Of a stretch of DNA of 64,000 nt, positions 53,027 to 64,000 are shown piece after piece (position 1 is the first letter of the stretch; each line of letters begins with the position of its first letter). The stretch is from Antedon mediterranea. Its lineage: Eukaryota; Animalia; Echinodermata. A program made the position numbers and the translations under genes. The notes under the pieces are model-generated. The model did no database searches, had not been told where the DNA came from, and worked only from the letters and a program-made list of their open reading frames with translations. The stretch spans positions 16,101,881 to 16,165,880 of the forward strand of contig NC_092678.1 of assembly GCF_964355755.1 (NCBI RefSeq). The letters run 5' to 3'.

Positions 53027-53674
53027 GTTGCAAATATTCCTGGAATAATTATAATTTCAAAGTCAAAATTTTCAAATATTTCAAAATGTACACAACTTAG
53101 GCCTACCATTTGGCAGATAAGATTTTTGGAGGAGAGAATAAAACATCGGAAAATAGAAGATCTTGAAATCGCAGTTTTTCTAGAGCTCTAGAATACTCAA
53201 GAAAGATCTGATCTGAGGTAACTCTAGACGCAATATCCTAGGTAGTAGAACATGGGATGTCAGGACGCCCTCTTTCTAATCAGTATTCAGTAACCTTAAA
53301 AACAAAACGAGAGAAAGCGTTTCTCCACAGAGATCTAAATATCGCTCTCTAGACATGTAATTGGCTTAAATTATGTTTTATTCAGTACCATTGAACTACT
53401 GAACACTTTTGATTCGTAAAACCGTATATCAACAGGACACGCTGCTTGTACCGTATGCCAACGAACCACATTAGTATCAAATCAGTTATAGGCCTACTGA
53501 GAGAATGTTCATGAAAACAATACTTATGTTCCTACAGTACCTTGGGATGTGTAGGCCTATATTGTGATTTTTCAGAAGCAATGACAAATGTTTATCTTTT
53601 CCCAGTATCAAGGAACATCTTCACTTCATCAATATGAGGTTGATAAATTATATAAACATTATAAAACATTGTCT

Positions 53675-54825
53675 TTTACAGAAACAAATAAATAGACACA
53701 ATGATTTATGTAGTCAACCAAAATTAGCACCTAGAAACTTGTCACAAATGAGTCCAAATTTGTTATTTGGACTCATTTAAACAAACCCAATTTTGTATCT
53801 ATTAGAGTTGAGCGTTGGGAATGAGGATAGGTACAAAGAGGAACAATTTTTTAATATATTCTATATATTAAATGGTTCTATAATATATTTCTTTATTATC
53901 CACTCTCAGTAACGAAATATCTTTTTATAGGCCTATAAATAATATACCACTAAATAGTCTGAGTAAAACATTTCCGCTTTAATACTTTATTAAAACTGTC
54001 ACTGTCTCATGGTCGATTGAAATAGTAAAGTACATTTAAAGACCACTAATACGTTTATATTTTTGTAATTATTAATTAATACAAACGTTGAGAAACAACT
54101 GACAGTAATAAAGTATTATATTATTATGTGTTTAATCTAAAAGTAGGGGCTACCCACACTCACAGTGATAAAGTTTATTAGTATATTTGTTTATATTATA
54201 TTTAACAGTACCAACACACTTTTGATTCAAATGGCGATCAAAAGTGGTTAATACCTATTTGCAGTATTGTATAGCATTACAATACTATTTCTGTTTATTC
54301 TCCAAGGGTCTATAAATTTATCTACTTGTGTTAAACCATGGAGGTATGCAAGTATGGTTAAACCAAATAATTTGGAATGTTCCATTCATTGCAAATCAAT
54401 ACATTTGTATAAACGTATATTAAATGTATCAAAATAGTATTTGTTAAAGAAAATCAACATTATGATGCTGTACTCGAGCTGTTCAACCGGTTTTCAGCCA
54501 TTAAAAACAGTTATCGTAGGAGGAGATAGGAAAATGCGAAGCGTCCTCGTATTATAGTATGCGGGTATTTTTCACGAAGGACATGCATTAAACAGTGTAT
54601 ACCACGGTCGGAAAACACCCCTATTTGGGGCAAATCGTTGAACCTAAATTCGTTTTAATCGTCAATAACTAATTATCTAACTCAATTTAATTAGTAAACA
54701 GGGTTACATCAGGTGGTTAAAATCAGTACCGAAAGTACGATCCAACTTTATATACCATCGAGTAAAAATTCTAGAAGTAAGGCGCGATTTACCGAATTTT
54801 GCCCTTACGTAAATATATATATAGA
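53675..54825 (-). mobile_element. Partial second copy of the Helitron
   Basis: Aligns to 36555-37950 including the TC 5' end; 3' end not identified. Confidence 0.75.
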
Positions 54826-55349
54826 TTTATTAAGTGAATGTGTGCACATTCTGAGTCCATCGCCTTTCTAATAATATTGTAATTTTAACTATACGTGCAA
54901 CATTATTGTATATACATAGACGCGTAGGCTCTGCATTAACAATGCTTGTCATTCTGATTGGGTTTAGGCTAGGACAAAATATAACACAATTCCCAGGGGA
55001 TAATGATTGTACCGTTTCAAATAAGCTGACGTCCGTTGGTTCCAATCAAAACCGCGGAAGTAAAACAACGCGCACTAATCTCTTAACACACAAAAAAGCA
55101 GATACAAACCCAAAACAGCCAATTCTGCGCTTTACTCGGAAAACGACAATAATGCTATTTGGAACATATCATATAAAGTCTACATACTTAAATATTACAA
55201 GTAGCATTATGTACGCTTTCCTTCCGGTTTTGCTTGAAACCAACGGATGTCAGCTTATTTGAAACATTACAATCATCCCTATCTTTCTGGGATATTATAT
55301 TATATTAGACACACCGGAAAATATTCACATTGCTGGATACAGCGGCACC

Positions 55350-58300
55350 ATGACCACATCCACAACCCTGATGTTCTTATTTATAAGCACAACAATTGCC
55401 AAAGGTAGGTAGGGAAACTAGGCATATTCTTACTTATTTTGTCTATTATCTCATGACGAGAAAACGAATATTGGTGTAATCCATTTTAAGAATTTCTGGA
55501 AACAAAACAAAATAGCATTCTCTCAGGTGTTATTCATATAGCCCTACTTACTGATGTCATCACTGACGAAGTTAGGAGGGTCACTGAAACAGTTAACAGA
55601 TAATGTTTTCAGCAACAAAATAAATAGTTCATCAAGGTCAGCTTTAACATTTAAACACATAGAAACAAAGCAAATATTTGAATTTACTCGTATAACTAAT
55701 GCAAGTTTACGTTATTTTAGTTTTTGCACAGTCATCACAAAATGCTGCTACTATACTTTTTGCGTAAGACAACACAGCGCCGAATTATTTGGGTTGTAGA
55801 ATACTATTAGGTTTCTGAAGAACTTATTCGAACTAAAGTACCTTATATAAGTCTAATAACGTGTTTTCTTTCTAAATACTTTAATCATTACAGTATTTTT
55901 GTGTCAACAAGGCTGGATGTCGTTCCAAGATAGCTGTTACAAATTTGAGGCAACAAAAAGGTCTTGGTCCGACGCTAGATCAAACTGTACAGCACTAGGT
56001 GCATACTTAGTGGTGGTCAGGAACCAAGAGGAAAATGAATTAATTTATGCAAACAATCCTACAACTGGCAATCTATGGATAGGCTTATCAGATATAGAGA
56101 GCGAGACTGATTTCACATGGGTATCGACAGAATGCAGTCAATATAAAAGTATGTAAAGACCTGGAAAAAAATATATTTTTAGATATATACATATTATACT
56201 CTTATTTTTCAAACTGTTTAAAGTAGCCGCGCAACATTAACTTTTTGTGTGAACGCGTTTATTATTAGTGGGTTTCAAATTGAGATGAAAAAAGTGGAGT
56301 AATTCGAGATATCCCCATCAATGTTTTAGACATAATCAATTGAATTCTCTTATATTTAAATACAGTTTTCTTTGTAATTTATGCCTATCGTTAAAACTTT
56401 TTAAAGGAAGTTATGTAGTAAGTAAAGCGGACTTTGTGTATTATAGGTTATTTTCTAAATAATTTCTTTTGTTGTTTATGCAGATTTTGGTAAAGGCGAA
56501 CCAAATAATCACAAACCCGGTGAAGGTGAAGACTGTGTTGAGGTTGATTATACGAAATCAACAGACACATGGAATGATGGCCCTTGTTATAGGTTAAACG
56601 CATATGTGTGTGAAATAAGTAAGTAGGGATATCAACTATTAAAGATGTAAAAACATGAAAAATGAAGATTAATTAAATAAGACTTTGAATAGGTTATTTT
56701 GTAGTTTTAATAAAGTTAATCACTTCAGTAGAAACAATGTTTTCACTTATAAAAGTGACAAAATAAATGATTAAATTCAATCAAAATCCCATAGGCTAGC
56801 AACCAATTTTAATACTTTTGCTTTAAATTACAGTTTTTACAGATAAATCAATTTCTTTTTGATCCAATTTTTGGACAAAATGGATAACTATGACACATTA
56901 AAATGGCATATTCAACCAAAAATTGTGCAAAAATTATGTTTTCAGTGGGACAATATATCTTTAACTACTATTTGGGCATACACTTGCAGAATTCTGTTTT
57001 CGTCGTTTGTTGGCTCCTCTGCGTGTAAAATGTAAATTATCACTGTAAAAAAAAAATATTTTCCCTTGAAAAAAAATATTTTGTAAAACTGTTTCTGTTG
57101 ATAAGACATTTCATAGTTTAATTACAAATTATAGTGACACTGATGAAAGTGAATAACTTAAACTACAAAATGGCCTAATAAATTTTGTTTAAATACATAT
57201 TTAAATTCTATGTCTACATATACTAAATTTCAGGTCATTTTCAAGATAGGGAACCACCTTCATACGGGTCAACTTGTCCACAAGATATCCATCTTCTCAT
57301 CAAACCAAATGAGAGAAGAGTAAATGTGTTTTGGCAACCTCCAGCGTGGACAGACGATTCCTCTTGTTTATCCAGTACCAGTAACTCTCATTCTCCTGGT
57401 GAAGTAATTGACATGCCAATTGGAGTTTTAGGAAAAACAATCAATATTGAGTACACTGCCACGGATATGGCTGGACGTTCAAGCAAATGCTCATTCAAAA
57501 TAACAATATCAAGTTAGTAGTTTTAAACATATACAGTACTATACTGTAAGAAAGAAAGTTTGTAGGTCTACGTTTTTCCGTTACACAAATCATCTATATG
57601 GGCCATTAAAATGACTGGAATTTTCCTGGCAAGGTTTTAAACTACATGTAATCAACCATTTCCATAATGTCCAATCGGCACGAGCAGGAGTTACTCTACT
57701 GTAGCACAATGTTTTTTATTGATCTATGTATACGCATATTGAACTACACTACATTAGTTTACCATAGCAATGTACTAATCTTTTTTTAAACATAGGTTTT
57801 ACAGAAGTAGAATTGTATAACAAGTGCCAAAATGGCGGGATAATTACATCAGACGACGGATTGGTTTCTTGCACTTGTCCAGACGGATTTAGTGGACAGA
57901 CATGTGCAACAACAAATAGCACGGGTAGGTTAAATAGAAATCTGTTCGTATGGCCAAATCAATTGAACAAACTGAAATCTAAAATATATCTACTATATGT
58001 ATTTTCGAAGTATTATAGGAATATTTGGTATATAACATCACATGTAATATAATGAAATGCAGTTAAATAAATGTTGTTGCAATAGTGGTGAGCAAACTTC
58101 TTATTAGGTAGTTTAACTGAATAGAGATGTAAATTTACATTCTCTACATAGAAAATGTATTGCAATAATACAGGATTTTTAAAGACTTCAGTTAATATGT
58201 CGATGACATAGAATACAATGCCATGAAATATAAGGATTCTACTATTTCAAAAAAAGCTGACTTCAGTCGGTTTCTAATCGGAAGGAAAACGACAATAAGG

Positions 58301-61300
58301 CTACTTGGTACCTATCTTATATAGGCCTAATACAGTAAAATGTACTTCTGGAAGAACAACCGAGTATGCACACATATGGATATCGCTCATGCGCCATGGC
58401 TACATCTACAAATCTGATATTTTCTTTGATTGCTACAGTTATGATTATTAGGTGCTCTATTCTTTACTAAAGCCCATGACGATCATATTTCTGATACACC
58501 ACGAGTGTGTACATTACGGTAAAACATGCAAGTCTAAAAATCTATGTAATAAATAATATAAGCTATGGATCTTCGACTATTGCAATTCATGTAACCAATT
58601 TTGGGAGGACATTCGACGTTTTTCTCTCTAAAAAATCTCTACGACGCTTCTTTGGGTACAGAAAAATACGCACACGATACAATAAACTATGTTGTGTTAT
58701 ATAGGTTATTTCATGGGGGTTTTTTTCTTGTTATAAATTCTTTATTCGTTACAGTTTCTTCCTGTCAAGACGGCTGGGTGTCGTTCCAGGATAGCTGTTA
58801 CAAATTTGAGGCAACAAAACGGTCTTGGTCAGACTCTAGATCAAGCTGTTTGGAACTAGGTGCAGACTTGGTGGTGGTCAGAAACAAAGCAGAAAATGAC
58901 TTTCTCTACACCAACAATCCTACGGGAAGTGATCTATGGCTAGGCATATCGGATGTACAAAATGAGACGAATTTTCAATGGGTCTCGAAAGAATGCAGTC
59001 AATATAAAAGTAGGTTTTTGGCGTCGTTTTGGGCAACACATTAGATCAGCAGTATTGCTGTATTTTAGGGATTTCAGGAAGGACACTCCCGTGTGAACGT
59101 TGCATCGGGGTGTAATAAGATTATAATACTGTTTGTATATGTCGAGAAGTTAAAAAAGAAGGGAATTTATAGACGATCATTGAAGGTTTTAAATTTAAAC
59201 ACTAGATACTTCAAATAAAAACACAATTGACCAATTAACAGACAAATTAGTTGGTAAACTTAAAAGCAAACATGTCAACCAAGTTATTTTTTTTGTCTTG
59301 AGTATTTCTAAAATACTCGACATCGTTTTTTTAGTCGCGTGGAAGCGACTCTATAGTTCACTATGTCGGTCGGTCGGTCTGTCTGTCTGTCGGTCTGTCT
59401 GTCGGTCTGTCTGTCTGTCGGTCCGGTATCACTATGCGTTTTATCGCTTTATGACCTTATCTTGATATCAGTTTAATCTAGCTAAGTCAATTTTTCACAG
59501 AATATTCCTTATGGCCAGGAATCGATGTGGTTATGTTTTCACGGTGCGCAATAAAAAATTACGCGGTCTACGCACGATTTAACGAAATCACGTTTGTAAT
59601 CATATCTTAACAACCATGAATCACAATTAAATAAAATTTGGTACTCATAAATTTCAGGGCATAAATCATCATATGGCAATACAATTACATGCGTAGCGCA
59701 TGTAACGCATGCGTACGCGCGCTTAAAATTTTCAAAATTTATTTTCCATGAAATAAGAGTACGTTTCAGGCAATTTTAAGCGTTTACAAAATTGCCATGA
59801 GTGCGCAGATTTTTGCGCGTGCACTGCGCGTTAAATGTTATTGCGCACTCTTTTTGCCCGATTTCTGTTTTCTTGACTTACTTTTCAACTCGAAATTACG
59901 TTATACGAGCACGTCAAAAGTGACAAGCTACGCACGTGTAAATTAAAAAAATATAAATGTTTTTAAACATGTTCAGTAATTTCGGTCAGTATAGTTCACT
60001 ATGTCGGTCGGTCCGTCTGTCTGTCAGTCTGTCTGTCTGTCGGTCTGTTTGTCTGTCGGTCCGGTATCACTATGCATTGTAGCACGCGACTTAATGGCTG
60101 TTGGCCTTGTTAATTATAAAACTACAATGCACATACAACTGTTCCGTTACAGTAAACTGATGATCTTGTGTTTTTACAGATTTTGGAGCCGGTGAACCAA
60201 ATAATTATGGACACGGTGAAGACTGTGTAGAACTTGATTATACACATTCAGACAAATGGAATGATGTTCCTTGTAGCATGAATTTTGCATACGTGTGTGA
60301 AATAAGTAAGCGGATATTTACTACTACTATTTCGATGGCAAACAATAGAATTCCGCTTTATGGAATTTTCTTCAAGCCTATTCGTATGGAAAACAAAAAA
60401 AAATGAACCATTCTTTCACACATAAGTAAACTAGAAACTACCTTCAAACAATTAACAAGCTTCCAATCTGTACAATATTTTAAAACCTTTTTGTCAATTT
60501 TAGGTAATTTTGAAGATCAAGAACCACCTTCATACGGGTCAACTTGTCCACAAGATATACATCTTCTCACCAAACCAAATGAAAGAAGGCTAAATGTGTT
60601 TTGGCAACCTCCAGTGTGGACAGACGATTCTTCTTGTTTCTCCAGTACCAGTAACTCTCATTCTCCTGGTAAAGTAATTAATACCAAATGGAGTTTTAGG
60701 AAAAACAATCAATGTGGAGTACACGGCTACGGATATGGTTGGACGTTCGAACAAATGCTCGTTCAAAATAACAGTGTCAAGTTAGTATAGCACTTTTTTC
60801 TATAACAATGTACAGTACAATGTGGAAAGTTTTCTTGTAGCTAATTATTGATTGCACATGCGTATTAGTAACAGCAGTAAAGTTATTTACCACTGCCTAC
60901 TAGACGCAGGCATGCGATGCACAAACCATCTTGGGAATGTAACTTGGCTATCTGCTACTAAGGCTGAATTCGGCACGTGTAGGTGAATATGCATACTAAT
61001 CTTCTTATATTCATTGTTTACAGACGTAAAATCATACAATGAGTGCCAAAATGGAGGGAAAATTAAAACATCAGACGATGGGTTGTTTTCTTGCATTTGT
61101 ACTGATGGATTTAGTGGAATGACATGTGGAACAAACAATTATACAAGTATGCTATAGAATTTGTTTTCATAAATCACCAATTATTGAAAAATATAAAAAA
61201 ATGAATATCAGTCCCAGCCAAAATACCTCTCGTCGATTACCAATTTTAAGGCGATGTTTCTTTCTGTTTGTTTAATGCTTGTTTTAAGTCAATTTGCAGA

Positions 61301-63300
61301 GCTGCCATAGGCTTCAATTTTAATAAATAATTCGCACGTTGGTATAATTTTTTTTTAATGTATTTTAACTTTTTGATATTAGGTGTCAATATCAATAACC
61401 TCAGAGAAGCCGAAGCACACCCAAGAAGTAAAGGTGATAACATTTGCATTTGGAAAAAAAAAAGAATTAGGTAATTTAATTGTAGATTGTAAAGTTCTGA
61501 TGTGAAAAAAAGAGACAATACCTAATTGTTTTATTCCTCGTTTTGTTTTCTTGCTCGTTTTAATTCTAGTTTTGTACACATATTGATTTTATATAAAGCA
61601 ATTGAACTATAATAATTTTTTTCTATCTTTAAGGTACAATTGAGAATTCAAATGGCCAAATTTACTTGATAGTGGTTGTGGTAGGCCTAGTAATTACAGT
61701 TCTAATCCTGATAGGTATAATCATTAAACTTACAAGGTAACTATGTAAACTTTATTAAAGTATTACTTGACTCCAACGTTTTTACTACTAATTGTCAGTA
61801 GTCTATCAGCATCCACCGCGTAAATAACGTCTGCTGCTGCTATACCTATATATATATATATATATATATCCTGTCCACCCAGGCAGCACTTGCCAACTCT
61901 TATGCTATGACTTTATCCAAATTCCATCACTTGCACTGATGAAGGGCTAGTGTTGCCCGAAAGCTCTGCTAACGTTTCTGGCTGTTTACTTTATCGTTTT
62001 GATTTAGCTTTTCGCTTTTGTATCTCCATTGAAATCCAGCCACTGATACCCACAGCATTGTCATTTTTTCAGTAATTTGCCTTTGGATTTATATATATAA
62101 CTTTTCTGGCTGTTTACTTTATCGTTTTGATTTAGCTTTTCGCTTTTTATTTTTGTATCTCCATTGAGATCCAGCCACTGATACCCACAGCATTGTCATT
62201 TTTTGCAGTAATTTGCCTTTGGATTTATATATATATATATATATATAAATCAATGATGTTGCGTAGCACTGTGTAAATTATATATAAATCATACTGTAAA
62301 TTATAGAAACAGTGCTCATATTCGGAACATGATCTCATAATCGCGTCGAGCATAGCTCATTGGCGAAAGTTCCGTATTTTTTAGTTGTATGAAAAAATGT
62401 CTCTGGCTGGATTCGAACCTGCAACCTCTCGCTTACAGGGCGAGTATCATACCACTAGACCACAGAGCCATGTATGGTATTATCACAGATTTTCACCCAC
62501 CAGATACATTCTCTCATACAACAAACGCCCTCACAATCAGTGGAGGCTTGACAAGTCAGAATAAATTCCAACTTTAATTCGCAACGGGTTTTTAAATAAT
62601 ATTGTGTATATGTAAATCAATGATGTTGCGTAGCACTGTGTAAATTATATATAAATCATACTGTAAATTATAGAAACAGTGCTCATATTCGGAACATGAT
62701 CTCATAATCGCGTCGAGCATAGCTCATTGGCGAAAGTTCCGTATTTTTAGTTGTATGAAAAAATGTCTCTGGCTGGATATATATATATAATTTGAAACTG
62801 TAACGATAAGGAAATCTGTGAGAATGAGAAAATCGCCCCAACCGAGACTCGAACTTGGACCGTCTGCTTGATATGCAGTTGCCCTAACCATTAGACCACT
62901 GGGGCTTTCATGGTATTGTTCAAACTCGATTGGATAGCGACTCTTTACAATTCTCTGCGTGGTACGGCGGAACAGCACTAGTCCTCGGTTGTAGGCCTAT
63001 ACGCACGCGCAACAGAGATCAAATTGATATGCCCTCATTGACTAAAAACTGTTGCTGTAATATTAATTTCTCATAAACACGCAAGAATTACGCGTAATTA
63101 TGGCGAATTAAGTTCAATGACCCTTAATTTTTAAAGCTGTACGTTAAAAATTGTTAAAATACAATAACTCAATATTATAACTGTTTTTTTCTTTTAGACG
63201 AAATCACAAGCCTACTAATGAAATAGAGTTTACAAATGAAATGCAAATGGAAGTAAATAAAGAAGCGGTTGACGAAAATCCAACAACGCTCCTCTTGTAA
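55350..63300 (+). CDS. Membrane C-type lectin/HYR/EGF protein: exons 55350-55404 (SP), 55894-56148 + 56484-56618 (CTL1), 57234-57512 (HYR1), 57805-57924 (EGF1), 58755-59009 + 60180-60305 (CTL2), 60504-60780 (HYR2, frameshifted), 61024-61146 (EGF2), 61383-61433?, 61634-61714 (TM), 63198-63300? (tail)
   Basis: GT-AG exons joined in phase 1; CTL motifs WIGL, EPN, EDC, WND; HYR DREPP...YTATDMAG; EGF CQNGG...CTCPDGFSGQTC; TM IYLIVVVVGLVITVLILI. The link from TM exon to last exon is unresolved. Confidence 0.78.
59326..60111 (+). mobile_element. Long HINE/DINE-1-like copy with a duplicated microsatellite block
   Basis: Same termini as 20493-20617 with ~550 bp of extra internal sequence; lies in a lectin intron. 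Confidence 0.78.
61870..62226 (+). mobile_element. Penelope-like element terminal repeat (partial tandem) in (TA)n
   Basis: 61972-62090 repeated at 62099-62226, flanked and separated by TA tracts; contains a hammerhead motif. Confidence 0.7.
61933..61969 (+). ncRNA. Minimal type I hammerhead ribozyme
   Basis: GCA-CTGATGA-A-GGGC(TAGTGTT)GCCC-GAAA-GC-TC-TGC: core boxes, stem II, palindromic mini stem III, short stem I. Confidence 0.75.
62247..62778. mobile_element. ~1.45 tandem copies of the 367-bp tRNA-containing repeat
   Basis: Unit 62247-62613 restarts at 62614; flanked by (TA)n. Confidence 0.8.
62805..62932 (-). mobile_element. Second tRNA-like repeat family (tRNA-like part 62834-62905); fragments also at ~15330-15425, ~21565-21730, ~23579-23625, ~47451-47494
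   Basis: Minus strand GCCCCAG-TGGTCTAATGG...GTTCGAGTC...TTGGGGC; shared AAATCTGTGAGA(A/C)TGAGAAAA flank. Confidence 0.65.
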
Positions 63301-64000
63301 AACATCTAGGCCTAAATATTCCCATTACTGAGTTCATATACATGTTCGATGTCCCAAAAGTCTGTTAACTAGAAGCGCATTGCAATAAAATAACAACTTT
63401 AATCAATGATTAAGGTACTGTCAATTATGATAACTTGTAAGAGGATAATTCAAATTAACATATTCATATTATATAGAAATTTAAACAATATAGATATTAA
63501 CAAATAAGAGATTTAACGATAAAATTATGTTTTCTGTGAAATTATGATTATATTGTAATGTATTGATTTAAATAAAAACTTTTATTGTAGTGAAAAAGTA
63601 TGGTGTTCGTCCAAATCTCTCTCGCATTTTTACCATAGGGTTGGTGAAATCCGTCCACAATAGGGGCTTTTTCTGTCCATAATAGGGGCTGAGGGCGCTG
63701 TTGTTTGTCCATAATAGGGGATTTTTAAAATTGATTTATATATATATATTTATAAATTTATACCGTATTTTGTGTACCTTTTTCTGTTGCTAATAAAACA
63801 AATTGAAATTAATCTGTTGGGGAAACAGACATTTTGTGAAAATTAAGAAGAAAAAATAGGAAATCCAGATTTAGAAAGGTAATTTTGTAAAAATGTAGAG
63901 CAAGTACGAACTTTGTCGTTGAAACAAGACAATAAATAACAAAAAGAGACTGTGAAAGCAGAGAGGTATACTTCCCTGGTGGTAGGGCTACAACAAATTC

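Noticed and set aside
62389-62577. Near-identical 62-aa ORFs (also 47141-47329)
   Set aside because: They lie antisense to the tRNA-like module of a young repeat; no coding signature.

Overview
AT-rich, intron-containing animal genomic DNA, probably a marine invertebrate deuterostome (HYR-domain lectin, Deu-domain SINE, sea-urchin-type histone 3' ends); the taxon is an inference. The window is built around an old tandem segmental duplication (~1400-8196 vs ~40560-56760). Each copy has an intact two-exon galactose-3-O-sulfotransferase gene followed by a C-type-lectin gene, which is pseudogenised in the first copy and in the second is a multi-exon SP-CTL-HYR-EGF-CTL-HYR-EGF-TM gene with one frameshifted exon. 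The rest is nested mobile DNA (LINE fragments, solo LTRs, Harbinger, Kolobok, Helitron/Helentron, foldback MITEs, a tyrosine-recombinase fragment, a hammerhead-bearing Penelope-like repeat) plus truncated H1 and H2A orphons. The most notable feature is a 2.9-kb DNA transposon (4249-7145), bounded by an empty site in the paralogue. It encodes a decayed RAG1-like N-terminus (Zn-binding region + RING), and its ends read as heptamer-12-nonamer and heptamer-22-nonamer, resembling a 12/23 V(D)J RSS pair. All alignments were done by eye; no searches were run.
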